A stretch of DNA of 64,000 bases, taken from assembly GCA_027317865.1 (NCBI GenBank), contig DAHVQG010000002.1, positions 1 to 64,000 of the forward strand, read 5' to 3'. Source of the stretch: Bdellovibrionales bacterium. Lineage in GTDB: Bacteria > Bdellovibrionota > Bdellovibrionia > Bdellovibrionales > UBA1609. A program made the position numbers and the translations under genes. Each line of letters starts with the position of its first letter. Within the stretch, counting starts at the first letter, position 1. This document shows positions 8,901 through 21,525 of the stretch, piece by piece. Below the pieces are notes generated by a model, which was given only the letters and a program-made list of their open reading frames with translations, was not told where the DNA came from and searched no databases.

Positions 8901-11900
8901 TCACAGCCCCATTGTATCTGGCATTTTTACCGGCAATATTTTTGTTCCCCAATCATGGTTCGCTTTACCTTTTAGCCGATTCAAACTCCGAATCGCGACT
9001 GATAACGTCGGCGTGTAAGCTTCAAGTTCGCTCCCTTTTCTAATCGCCGTTTGATACGTTGTGAGCGCTTCTGTTTTAAACGGCGCAGCCTTTTGGTCCA
9101 ACAAAGTTTGATACTGCTTGATTTCGCTCGCGTTCAGGCCGGCCGGTAACGGCGCTGTTACAATGGAATTGTACAAATTTTCTAGAGCTTGCCCCAGCAA
9201 CGTCAGCGACGCAACGATCTCAGGACCGTCGTTATAATTGATTACAATTTTTAGCTGCCTTCGCAATGACGCAAGCAAAGCCAGTTTTCGGGTGATCGCG
9301 CGCTTTTGCGCCACTGGATTCTTAGGTATGTGAATCGCGATAAGCTCGCTAAACAACGGATGAATGAGCGTGTACTTTGCCTTCGCCGCCGACGATACCC
9401 CAACCGGCCCTTTTATACTCGACAGACGCCTTTGTACCGCAACCGTCCGACGGAGCCACACGTCGCGCAACCCGAATCGCCGCATTTCTCCTTCAAGTTG
9501 AGCAATGGCATATGTCGCGTCAATCACATGACGGGCATTGCTTGGTCCCATATTTAAATATTTTTTGTATTCATAAATAGCGCGATCATTTTGATGTATG
9601 CGCTTATAAATTTTAGCCATTGAATACAAAACTCCGATGCGATCGCGAGCGCGATCTTTATTAAAGTAAATTTCATAATTGGTCAGAGCCGGGCCGTAAT
9701 CATTTAACCCGTCAAATATGACCGCCGCGTTGTACCGGTAACCAAGCGATATATAATCACTAGGATATCTTTGCGCATATGCTTCGTAGGCGCGCGCTGC
9801 GGCCGGGTAATTTCCCGTTTTTTTGTACAGTACCGGTAAAAATTGACTCGATTTTTTTCGAATACTTATCGGGATGGCCCCCGCACCGTATGCCAAGCGC
9901 GAGTAAATTTGGATCGCAGGTACAATCTCGTTTGAGCGCTCAAAATTTACCGCGGCATTGAAGAGTGCGGGAGCGGCCAGCGCATTACCCCTATTGCGTT
10001 GGGCGAATTTTTCGTAGGCCTTTGCTGCATCGGCATAATTCTTATTGTGTTCAAGATTATTAACAAGTTTGAATTCGGTTTTAACTTTAATCTCACGGAC
10101 TTCACCGCCAATTTTTGAATTTGCCAGTTGCGGAATCGATAAAATATCTTCGGCTTCTTTTTTTAAGCCAACGTAGTCGTGCCGTAGGTTATAGATATCA
10201 AGAAGGTGGTTGGCCGAATATTGCGCGTAACGCGTACCGGGATATTTATGAATAATATTGTTTAAGTAGAATATCGCACTGTTAAAGTGATTAAATGCGT
10301 AGTCAAGCGCACCCAACCGGTATTTAACGGCCACGACATCTTTACCTTTGTGAACTTGGGCAAGGTACTGTTTAGCTGCTCCCTCGAAAGCTTTAATGGC
10401 TGGAGTAAATCGAATTCGTTTGTTTGTATTGCCCACCATTTTCCGAATCTGATAGTCATTCGGCAAAAGTTTGCCATAAGCCAAAACCGCATCGAGTATC
10501 GATTTTTCATAGTACGGGGATTTCGGCGCATTGTTCACCACCCAAGTATAATTGTCGGCGGCGAATCCATAATCTCCTAAATCGTATAAAAGCTCCGCAT
10601 AGAAAAAGTGCATTTCGTCCATGTTACTACCTTGCTGGAAGGTATGAAAATAGAGTTCATATCCAGCCTTTGCCCGCAGGTACGCGTAGCGCGTTTGCGA
10701 TTTCTGCGCCACTTCATGCTCAAAGAGCACATGGTTTCGTAAAAGGGCTTCCATCAACTGGTTTGCTTTGGCGATAATTTTAGGGTTGTTGTCGTTAACC
10801 CGTTGCCAATAGCTGCCCGGCCCGTATTTTCGAATCCACGTCCGCAGTTCTTGATTAAATATTTTAGGTTGCCCGGCCTCATCATACGCCTTCACTATCG
10901 CATATTGAAAATCATACGAATGAAGTGATGTTGGATTATGGGCGATCAAATCTTTGAATATAACACGGGCATCATCGCGTTTGCCGATATCCAGATAAAA
11001 ATAGGCCAATTTCGTCAAATACACGTCGACATGACGAGGCCCGATGACACGAATAAAATAGGGGCGAGCGACACGGGGATCGCCCGATTCAGCAAAGAAT
11101 ACGATGAGGTCACTGATCGCCTGTGTGGCGAGGCGAATGCGGCTTACTCCATTAAATGAATGACTGTTACGGCTCACTGCGCGCCGGCCAGCAAGAATCA
11201 CTTGCTCTAAATATTTCAGGCCCTCGCGCGAGTTATTGAGCTTGTAGTAACACCAAGCCAATTTATACATCGCAAAGGAGTAGAGGTGGTGGCTCGGATT
11301 CGAAGCGACGCGCCCATAATATATAAGAGCCTTCTTAAAATCGTTGTTGCCAAAATAATAATCGCCAAGCGCAAAATTAGATTCATCGACAAACATAGAA
11401 TGGGGGAACTCATTGGTCAGCCGTAAATAATAGCGCTCACCCTTCTGTGGTTGCCCCAACTGAAAATAGTTATATCCAAGAAAAAATAACGCCTGCGGCA
11501 TTTTGGGGCTATTTGGAAAGTCGTGAACAAACCATTTATAAAGTTGTATCGCTTTGTGGTTGTACTTTTGGGCAATGCTTAAGTTGACCGGCGGGGGGCG
11601 CCCGGCTTTGCCGGCTTCAAACGCCGCCATAGCCAGATCGTGCTCGCTCATAATGCGGTATTCAATAAGTCGCGCTTTATCGACGTATTGTTCCGCCAAA
11701 CGTAGCCATATTTCACCACGCCCCGGACTATAACGAAACTCAAGTGCCAATTTAAACAGCTGATTAATTGCTTCGTCGATTGTTTGTTCCAACTCCGCCT
11801 CATCAGTGCCTTTGGGATAATACAATTGCGATGAAGTCGGCGGGCGGACCTGCCCAAGATTTATTTTTGCCTTATGTTTTTCAATTTGAATTTGCGGCAG

Positions 11901-12062
11901 CGCCGTCCGGGTCTTACGACTGAAGCTCACTTTTTCGGAGCGATTTTCAATTTTGTTCAAAATATCGCCAATCGTCTCTTTGGCAGGCCGCGAATTTCGC
12001 GCCCAGCTCATTGGCGACGACAGCAGTGCGATACACAGAATAGCGACTAAATTTTTAATCAC
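8901..12062 (-). CDS. gltD: GltD/AgmU-like large periplasmic TPR protein
   Basis: Signal peptide, LRLAEQY, many TPRs (AMYKLAWCYYKL), C-terminal PLPAGL...YQTLLDQKAAPF motif. Confidence 0.82.
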   Translation of the reverse strand: MIKNLVAILCIALLSSPMSWARNSRPAKETIGDILNKIENRSEKVSFSRKTRTALPQIQIEKHKAKINLGQVRPPTSSQLYYPKGTDEAELEQTIDEAINQLFKLALEFRYSPGRGEIWLRLAEQYVDKARLIEYRIMSEHDLAMAAFEAGKAGRPPPVNLSIAQKYNHKAIQLYKWFVHDFPNSPKMPQALFFLGYNYFQLGQPQKGERYYLRLTNEFPHSMFVDESNFALGDYYFGNNDFKKALIYYGRVASNPSHHLYSFAMYKLAWCYYKLNNSREGLKYLEQVILAGRRAVSRNSHSFNGVSRIRLATQAISDLIVFFAESGDPRVARPYFIRVIGPRHVDVYLTKLAYFYLDIGKRDDARVIFKDLIAHNPTSLHSYDFQYAIVKAYDEAGQPKIFNQELRTWIRKYGPGSYWQRVNDNNPKIIAKANQLMEALLRNHVLFEHEVAQKSQTRYAYLRAKAGYELYFHTFQQGSNMDEMHFFYAELLYDLGDYGFAADNYTWVVNNAPKSPYYEKSILDAVLAYGKLLPNDYQIRKMVGNTNKRIRFTPAIKAFEGAAKQYLAQVHKGKDVVAVKYRLGALDYAFNHFNSAIFYLNNIIHKYPGTRYAQYSANHLLDIYNLRHDYVGLKKEAEDILSIPQLANSKIGGEVREIKVKTEFKLVNNLEHNKNYADAAKAYEKFAQRNRGNALAAPALFNAAVNFERSNEIVPAIQIYSRLAYGAGAIPISIRKKSSQFLPVLYKKTGNYPAAARAYEAYAQRYPSDYISLGYRYNAAVIFDGLNDYGPALTNYEIYFNKDRARDRIGVLYSMAKIYKRIHQNDRAIYEYKKYLNMGPSNARHVIDATYAIAQLEGEMRRFGLRDVWLRRTVAVQRRLSSIKGPVGVSSAAKAKYTLIHPLFSELIAIHIPKNPVAQKRAITRKLALLASLRRQLKIVINYNDGPEIVASLTLLGQALENLYNSIVTAPLPAGLNASEIKQYQTLLDQKAAPFKTEALTTYQTAIRKGSELEAYTPTLSVAIRSLNRLKGKANHDWGTKILPVKMPDTMGL

Positions 12063-13590
12063 AGCTGGATGTTCCTAAATAAAAATAGTCACCAAGTTCG
12101 TCAAGCCAATATTCGCCGCGAAACGGCCAATATTGGTATCCGTTTTGAATATAAAAATCGCGCGAAACTTTTTGATTTATCTGCGTCGAGGGCAGAATTT
12201 TACCGGCAATTTCCTTTTTCAAGAATTGCTTCTTGCTGTTCAGCATTTCATAACGAATGAAACCTTCTTGCTCGAAGAGATTTATTAAATCCGAACGAAT
12301 TTCAAGCATATGGTTTCGAACTTGTTGACCGGCCTCCTCGCGTGCCCGGCTAAGGCGAAGATTAAGTGTCAGCATTGCGTAGCGGCCAATGGCGCCATTC
12401 CGCCAGTAAGGCGGCATTTCGAGCACGTGTCGGCGTTCAATTATTAACTTTTTAATGTAAGAAAGCGATCGATGAAAATCACCCTCTTTCACTATTTTTC
12501 GAACGACGAGGTACGGAATCGGCAATCGCGCTTTTGCCGGATTGAATCCCTTTTTGTTAGCGGCGATCATCGTGTATACGACATCAGTAAAATACTGATC
12601 GTCATTCATTACGTTATTCAAATAATTATTTATCGAATTGTATACGGGTTGATATATTCGGTCGAAAAGATTAAGAGTCTTTTCCATTTCGCTGTATTTG
12701 CATAAATAAAGGTAAACGATCGAACGCAATAATAGCGATTCAGGAATATAACTGTTTTCAAAATACGGCGAGTGCAAAGTCTGGAAATTGCTCATGGCCT
12801 CGCGAAACCGGCCCGAACGGAACATCGCCCAGCTTGATTCAAAAAGCATTTCAGACCAGTACTTCGAATCGCGCGGCACTTGCCGGTACGTTTGAATTGC
12901 CGCACTCCAATTTTTGTTTTGATAAAGTGACCGCGCTTTACCCATAATCGCGGCTGTGCGCGTGACGTCAGTAGGGGGCGCACCAACTCGATCGTCAATA
13001 AGTTCTTGAAAATATTTGACCGCCGTAAGAGGTTGGTTCTCTTCAGCGTACGATAGCGCCGTTAAATAAAGGGACTTGTCAAAAAGTGGGCTGTTATCGG
13101 GAACCTGAAGTAAGCTTTTGATCGCATCGTTATATTGCTGATTGTGAAGTTGAAATTCGCCGATTCGAAAATACAACATGCCTCGATGCGCTCGCGGGAA
13201 GTCTTCAACTTTAATGCGCGAAATCGCGTAATTCAAAAGCGTATCATCACCGAGTTTATCGGCGGCCAACGAAAGCTTTTCGAGACTCTTTGATACGAAT
13301 GGGTTATTGCCGTCACGAATAATGTCGATAAATTGAAACGCCGCCAATTGATACATGTGCATGTCATAAAACATAAGGCCCAACATGTAGCGCATTTGAG
13401 TGCGGCGGTTGGCATAGCGAGGGTCGAGGCTGAGTTCAAAAAACCGATACGAGGAGGCGGCAAAATTACCGCGACGGACATCTTCGATCGCCAACTGAAG
13501 ATCACGGCCTAATCGCGAACGTCGATACGCGAACGTTCGGGCAGATCCCAAAAGTACCACCGCGCTTAAAATCAGACTTAGCCATTTCAT
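12055..13590 (-). CDS. gltC: GltC-like periplasmic TPR protein
   Basis: MLFESSWA..R...AMSNFQTLHSPYF...PES; C-terminal YWPFRGEYWLDELGDY. Confidence 0.85.
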   Translation of the reverse strand: MKWLSLILSAVVLLGSARTFAYRRSRLGRDLQLAIEDVRRGNFAASSYRFFELSLDPRYANRRTQMRYMLGLMFYDMHMYQLAAFQFIDIIRDGNNPFVSKSLEKLSLAADKLGDDTLLNYAISRIKVEDFPRAHRGMLYFRIGEFQLHNQQYNDAIKSLLQVPDNSPLFDKSLYLTALSYAEENQPLTAVKYFQELIDDRVGAPPTDVTRTAAIMGKARSLYQNKNWSAAIQTYRQVPRDSKYWSEMLFESSWAMFRSGRFREAMSNFQTLHSPYFENSYIPESLLLRSIVYLYLCKYSEMEKTLNLFDRIYQPVYNSINNYLNNVMNDDQYFTDVVYTMIAANKKGFNPAKARLPIPYLVVRKIVKEGDFHRSLSYIKKLIIERRHVLEMPPYWRNGAIGRYAMLTLNLRLSRAREEAGQQVRNHMLEIRSDLINLFEQEGFIRYEMLNSKKQFLKKEIAGKILPSTQINQKVSRDFYIQNGYQYWPFRGEYWLDELGDYFYLGTSSCD

Positions 13591-14540
13591 CGGTACGTCG
13601 CCTCCGGAAAGAAGTAGCTAAACCCTACCCCCAAAAACAAATCACTATGACTCGAGGTCGAACTTGTTACAGTGCCTGTGGTATCGGTACTGCTCGTTGT
13701 TGCGTTGTAGTAGTTCCAATTAAAATCCCAACGAATTCCGTACGATTTGCTGAGTGCAAACAGCTGCCCAACCCCAAGCATGACTGTTGTGTCTCCGCTG
13801 TCATTGCTGGTTTGTGTGACCCCAAGGCCCGGACTAAAATAAATATCGAATGGAATTATTTTTTGCTGAAACCACGCCATTTTGCCGTAGATCGGCGACC
13901 AATTAAACGTCAGTCCGTAAAATCCTTTTGGCTCGACAAGCGATTGGGTTTCGATCTTTTGATTGCTAATGAGCCCTTGAGTGATGGGCCGGTTGGAACT
14001 CGTCATAAGTTGATAAATTCCCTCGACTCCGTACTTATCATTAAAATAGTACGCCAAGCGCGCATTGAGACCGATATTGTTAAAAAATGCGTTGTTCGTA
14101 CTGATCACACCGCTTGCCGAGAACTCAAAGCGGCCGGTTTTTGGCAAATAACGCCTTTGAATAACGGCGATATCAGTGAACGGCGCAAGGCGCACAAGCC
14201 CCGATATGTTTTTCGGCTGATAATTGAGATATTTCGCATTTTGCTCGCGCTCCCTAGCGGCCTGTCGCTCCTCCTCTTTTCGCTTTTGGAGTGCGTTTTG
14301 TTGCTGCTCATACTGCTGATAAAGACTTTCTGTTTGTTGGTCGGATTGCACTTGCGACTGAGCCTGAGATTCTGCACTAGATGAGCTGACCGATCCCTGA
14401 TCTTCGGGTAGAAGTTGTGCGCGCGCAAGCGACGGCTCAAAAGCTATCGCGACAATTGCCACCAAAATCGCAACAATAAGTCGTCGCTTCATTTCGTTCT
14501 TCTCGATGGGGGTGCTGGTTGAATCTTTCATTTCCCTCAC
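13587..14540 (-). CDS. GltA/GltB-like outer-membrane beta-barrel protein
   Basis: IAVIQRRYLPKTGRFEF, WSPIYGKMAW, terminal strand GFSYFFP. True start may be MKRRL (~14492). Gln-rich N-terminal extension. Confidence 0.82.
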   Translation of the reverse strand: MREMKDSTSTPIEKNEMKRRLIVAILVAIVAIAFEPSLARAQLLPEDQGSVSSSSAESQAQSQVQSDQQTESLYQQYEQQQNALQKRKEEERQAAREREQNAKYLNYQPKNISGLVRLAPFTDIAVIQRRYLPKTGRFEFSASGVISTNNAFFNNIGLNARLAYYFNDKYGVEGIYQLMTSSNRPITQGLISNQKIETQSLVEPKGFYGLTFNWSPIYGKMAWFQQKIIPFDIYFSPGLGVTQTSNDSGDTTVMLGVGQLFALSKSYGIRWDFNWNYYNATTSSTDTTGTVTSSTSSHSDLFLGVGFSYFFPEATYR

Positions 14541-14542
14541 AC

Positions 14543-15331
14543 TTAAAAGAGATAAATATAATCGGCGGTCATAAACGGGCGTATGTAATATGTTGAACTA
14601 AATTGTGATGAACTAAGTTTTGTTGATCCCGTCAGCGTTTTTTGTGGAGTATCAGGGTTCGTCGGATCCGGCCCTGTATACATCGCCAAGAGAAGATCGA
14701 CCCGCAAACCCATATCGCGCGTGAACCACAGCTTTTGGCCGATGCCGGCGTCAACTCCGAATGCTGAATGATCAGACCACTGAACAAGACCGCCGCCAGC
14801 AAGACCATAGAGCGACAAATTCATAACGGTTTGCTTTGCGAGGCTGATCTTGCCGTAATAAGCTGTGAGTTCGTAGTTGCCGAAAAACATATCTTGAACG
14901 GTCGGCGCCAGACTAGCGTCAAATTTCTGGGGCGGCACCAAACCAATTCCATTTTTTAAATCTTGGCCCGCTTGTGACAGGCCCTGCGAAAGAAATAAAC
15001 CAAAAATATTAACGCCGTTTGTTTCAGAAAAATGATAGGTGGCCGTTAAATTAAATACAGTTTGATTATAAAGTGGTTCGGCTAAATTAAGCCCGACGCC
15101 CCCCCCGACTTCAAATTTACCGGCGGTTTTTACTCGACGGTCACGAACAACTACGGTTTTATCAAAAACAGGCAAAACTGTTTCGGTCGGCAATTCACTT
15201 TCTGGGAATTCAATTGTGTCGGCGTGAGCAACCGAACATAAATGATCGCCACCGCGCCCGCTTATTAAAAATCCGGCGAAGAAAAAGCCAGCCGTAAAAA
15301 AACAAGTTGCAAATCGACGCACGTTCCACAC
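14543..15331 (-). CDS. GltA/GltB-like outer-membrane beta-barrel protein
   Basis: VVRDRRVKTAGKFEV, AYYGKISL, terminal DYIYLF beta-signal; first gene of the cluster. Confidence 0.8.
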   Translation of the reverse strand: MWNVRRFATCFFTAGFFFAGFLISGRGGDHLCSVAHADTIEFPESELPTETVLPVFDKTVVVRDRRVKTAGKFEVGGGVGLNLAEPLYNQTVFNLTATYHFSETNGVNIFGLFLSQGLSQAGQDLKNGIGLVPPQKFDASLAPTVQDMFFGNYELTAYYGKISLAKQTVMNLSLYGLAGGGLVQWSDHSAFGVDAGIGQKLWFTRDMGLRVDLLLAMYTGPDPTNPDTPQKTLTGSTKLSSSQFSSTYYIRPFMTADYIYLF

Positions 15332-15465
15332 GTCAGCATTAGACCGCTAACGCCTCCCATGTGGAATCATGGTATGCAAAAGTCTTATACTTGGCCACGC
15401 GCTTTGAATAACGCCGCACATTTCCCAGACTTACGTCGCAAGGCCAGCCATTTTACTGCCAACTG

Positions 15466-18206
<2,741 letters not shown>

Positions 18207-18941
18207 TTATCGTTTCGTCTGCGTGAGCGTTTCAACAAGTTTGACGTCTTCGGCTGTATCGACGCCAACCGACAACGCGTCAATGGTCGCAACGTGAATC
18301 CGTTCACCAAGCCACAGTGCCCGAAGTTGCTCAAGACTTTCAGCGCGCTCAAGCGGCGTCGGCGGTTGCTCGCAAAACATCTTTAGAAATTCACGCTTGT
18401 ATCCATAAAGCCCGATGTGTTTAAGCGCAAGCCCAGGTGACTGCTCCAACGTCATTCGCGTGTACGGTATCGGATGCCGGCTGAAGTAAATGGCTTCGTT
18501 TTGACGGTTCATTATAAGCTTCACGACGCCACGGGAATCCAATTCTTCAGGAGGCAATTTGTGCGCGAGCGTTGCCATCCGAGCTTCTGGCTTTTGAGTA
18601 AAAATCGAGACCAAACGGTCGATCCAAAAAGGTTGAATCAACGGCTCGTCACCTTGAATATTGAGCACCACGTCGCAGCTGCGCTCGCGGGCAACAGCCC
18701 AAACACGGTCACTCCCGGATGGCAAATTCGTATCAGTCATAACCGCGTTCACACCGATTTTTTCAGCTAAATTCGCAATATCTTCGTGATCTGTTGCAAC
18801 AATTAGCTCATTTAACGCGGGCGATGAACGCACGCCGTTTACCACCCATTCGAGGAGAGGTCGGCCATTGATTTTTAAAAGAGGTTTAGCAGGTAAGCGG
18901 GTTGACCCATAACGGGCCGGAATCACTCCCAAGACTTGCAT
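18207..18941 (-). CDS. kdsB: CMP-Kdo synthetase
   Basis: IPARYGSTRLPAKPL, NIQGDEP, HIGLYGY, ESLEQLRAL. Confidence 0.97.
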   Translation of the reverse strand: MQVLGVIPARYGSTRLPAKPLLKINGRPLLEWVVNGVRSSPALNELIVATDHEDIANLAEKIGVNAVMTDTNLPSGSDRVWAVARERSCDVVLNIQGDEPLIQPFWIDRLVSIFTQKPEARMATLAHKLPPEELDSRGVVKLIMNRQNEAIYFSRHPIPYTRMTLEQSPGLALKHIGLYGYKREFLKMFCEQPPTPLERAESLEQLRALWLGERIHVATIDALSVGVDTAEDVKLVETLTQTKR

Positions 18942-19122
18942 TTACAATTGTTACCACAAATTCAGAAAATATTCAAAAAAGTAGGGCTTCTTTTTTCAAC
19001 TAATCGCCGCCATCGCTTGGGTTTCGTCCTACCGCTTGGATTTAGCGTCTATTTATTCGGACAAAATCCACCATTTGACTCACTCAACGGCTAATAACCG
19101 GATACACACGAAAACCGGAATT

Positions 19123-19139
19123 CGGCATGAATATTGTAA
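19123..19139 (+). promoter_or_regulatory. Possible sigma54 -24/-12 element upstream of the FHA-bEBP gene
   Basis: CGGCATGAATATTGTA vs consensus TGGCACGN4TTGCW; GG-N10-GT, with a mismatch at the conserved -12 C. Confidence 0.3.
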
Positions 19140-19167
19140 AACAGCCCTGAAAAGAAGGACTTTCGCT

Positions 19168-20508
19168 ATGAAAACAATGAACCTCAACCTGCGCACTTTG
19201 GCCACTGAAAAAGGCTACATCACCGTGATTTCAGAAAACTTGCGTAAAACCTTTGAGATCGAAGGTTATGCGCTGATTGGACGCGACTCGCAGTGTTCAA
19301 TTTGTATATCCGACTCATTTATGTCTTTGCGTCATGCGCGCATAGAAAAGACCGGACCTGGTTATATTTTACGCGATCTCAGGTCGCGCAACGGTACATT
19401 CGTTAATGGTAATCGAATTATCGAAGCTCATCTTCATGACAACGACCGGTTCCGAGTCGGTATCACCGAGTTTATTTTTACGTTTGAGCGCGACCAATCC
19501 GTTAATCCGCTTTTCGTTCAAAGTAAAAACTCGGCCTGGCACGAGCAACTCAGCCGTCTGCCGGCCATGGCTGCTAGCCCCTATCCAGTTCTAATTTTGG
19601 GACCGTCGGGCACGGGCAAAGAAGTACTGGCCAATCTTATCCATAGATTTTCAAACCGAAATGGCGGGCCCTTTCTCAGCGTGAACTGTAGCGCACTGAC
19701 CGAATCTTTAGCTGAAAGCGAACTGTTCGGGCATACCAAGGGGAGTTTCACGGGGGCGACTGCCGATCGCAAAGGAGCATTTGAATCCGCCCGCGGAGGC
19801 ACACTTTTTCTTGATGAAATTGGCGATCTGCCGCTGAATATACAACCAAAATTATTGCGCGCGCTTGAAAATCACGAAATCAAACCCGTGGGTGCCGACC
19901 GCCCCATCCCGATCGACGTGCGCATCGTGGCCGCCACCAATCAAGATTTAAAAAAACAAGTTCAGGCCGGTAAGTTCCGCGATGATCTTTATTTTCGCAT
20001 TCACATTTTGCAACTCATCCCGCCCGCGCTAAAAGACCGGATGGAAGACTTTGACAATCTGTTAAAATATTTTGCCGGAGATCAACCCCTTCAGTTCGAT
20101 TTCGAAGCGTATACGATTTTGCAAAATTACCCGTGGCCCGGCAATATTCGCGAACTTCGAAATATGATCACAAGGACACTCGCACTATTTCCGGGCCAAA
20201 TAATTACTCCGTCACAACTGTCGCAACTGCTCGATCACTCCGCCATGACTGCGCTAATAGAAAACGTCGATTCGCCAAATTTGCAAAATCAAACAAACGA
20301 AGTTGGGTCGGTGAGGCAAAATATTTTAGATCTTGAGCGGCGAATCATTATCGACCGCCTCCGTTTTTTTAGCGGCAATCAACGCCGAACCGCGCTCGCG
20401 CTTGGAATCCCAAAAAGCACGCTTCATGATCGTATCAAAAAGTACAACATTGACCCGAAAGAAATGAAAATAGAGGGGCTGTCTTCTAATTGCCCGAGTA
20501 AAGTATGA
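19168..20508 (+). CDS. FHA-domain sigma54-dependent transcriptional activator (bEBP)
   Basis: FHA (IGR..MSLRHARI..SRNGT), GPSGTGKE, ESELFGH.KGSFTGA, LFLDEIG, WPGNIREL, Fis-type HTH. Start set at ATG 19168 after AAGGA. Confidence 0.93.
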   Translation: MKTMNLNLRTLATEKGYITVISENLRKTFEIEGYALIGRDSQCSICISDSFMSLRHARIEKTGPGYILRDLRSRNGTFVNGNRIIEAHLHDNDRFRVGITEFIFTFERDQSVNPLFVQSKNSAWHEQLSRLPAMAASPYPVLILGPSGTGKEVLANLIHRFSNRNGGPFLSVNCSALTESLAESELFGHTKGSFTGATADRKGAFESARGGTLFLDEIGDLPLNIQPKLLRALENHEIKPVGADRPIPIDVRIVAATNQDLKKQVQAGKFRDDLYFRIHILQLIPPALKDRMEDFDNLLKYFAGDQPLQFDFEAYTILQNYPWPGNIRELRNMITRTLALFPGQIITPSQLSQLLDHSAMTALIENVDSPNLQNQTNEVGSVRQNILDLERRIIIDRLRFFSGNQRRTALALGIPKSTLHDRIKKYNIDPKEMKIEGLSSNCPSKV

Positions 20509-21415
20509 AATTATTGAAGTAAATATTAAAGACGCGGCCCTGGTCCAAAATTTTATTGATTTGTTCGCGCAGGGCTATTTTCATTCGTTCTTTACCCTCA
20601 ACACTTGCGGCTTCGTTATAATTAAACGTTTCGAGCGTCCGCCGAACAAGGTCGAGAATTTGTTGTTCTCGGGCTTTAACTTCGATTGCCGTATCTTGCG
20701 AATCAGCGCCAACAAAGATTTGAAAAGCTCCCATTGGGTTTGGGCCGCTACCGTAGCTGGGTTGAAGGTTCACGATCACCTTTTTAAGAAGTACGTAATA
20801 TTCGACTTTAGGGAAGACTTGAAACAAATCCTCAAGTTCACTTTTCGAGTGGACAACGCCAACAAAACTCGCACCTTGCGCGAGGGAATGGGGGAGGCTT
20901 TCTGCAAACGTCGGCAGCCAATTTCGATCAAATGTTTTTGAAATAAAAAAGACCGAGGCGGCCAGGGCCAGTGCCATAAACGCGACAGCAAGTTTTTGTG
21001 TCGAGTTAAAAGCTCTGAAATTCGCCCACTGTTTAAGCAGCCAGGCGAATGCCCGCCTAAGCTGCGACCACGTATACTTTATTCTATCAGGGAGTTCGCT
21101 ACGAACAAAATACGACAACCGGTCGATTGACATCAAAGCCCGATTTTTAATCCGTATCCACCGCAACCGCACAAAAGACTGAACGCCAAGAATTGGCTTA
21201 AATAGAAATAAGAACAGTTTCTTGCGTTTTGAAGGTTGCTCGTCATCTTCTTTGCCAGATTCAGTGTCTTCTTCTGGTTCGAGTTTTAGACTCTCGATCG
21301 CGTCAGTGCCCTCAACTGATTGTTTTTGAATTTCTGAAAGCTCGTTTTTAAACGATGGATCTTCGGCTTCAATGATTTTGTCTATGTCATCGAGAGAAAA
21401 AACAGAATCTGACAT
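20486..21415 (-). CDS. fliL: FliL-family protein with a long cytoplasmic N-terminal extension
   Basis: TM near residue 150; C-terminal VIVNL...GKERMK..LREQINKIL..GRVFNIYFNNFI. Confidence 0.72.
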   Translation of the reverse strand: MSDSVFSLDDIDKIIEAEDPSFKNELSEIQKQSVEGTDAIESLKLEPEEDTESGKEDDEQPSKRKKLFLFLFKPILGVQSFVRLRWIRIKNRALMSIDRLSYFVRSELPDRIKYTWSQLRRAFAWLLKQWANFRAFNSTQKLAVAFMALALAASVFFISKTFDRNWLPTFAESLPHSLAQGASFVGVVHSKSELEDLFQVFPKVEYYVLLKKVIVNLQPSYGSGPNPMGAFQIFVGADSQDTAIEVKAREQQILDLVRRTLETFNYNEAASVEGKERMKIALREQINKILDQGRVFNIYFNNFILYSGN

Positions 21416-21525
21416 GACTTTTGGCCTCCGACTTTATTTTTTCATGTCTTAATCCGATACACAATCATCGGGTCGGGGTCACCGCGCAATGGATCTATGC
21501 GGCCCCCTAGGCACAAGGAGGCGCT

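Noticed and set aside
13647-14384. 245-aa plus-strand ORF
   Set aside because: Entirely antisense to the OM barrel gene; no motifs
15446-15462. TGGCAGTAAAATGGC (GG-N10-GC) upstream of cluster 1 on the minus strand
   Set aside because: Poor -12 context (TGGC, not TTGC); could arise by chance
21466-21492. CCCGATGA sigma28-like -10 box upstream of fliL
   Set aside because: No matching -35 element at the expected spacing
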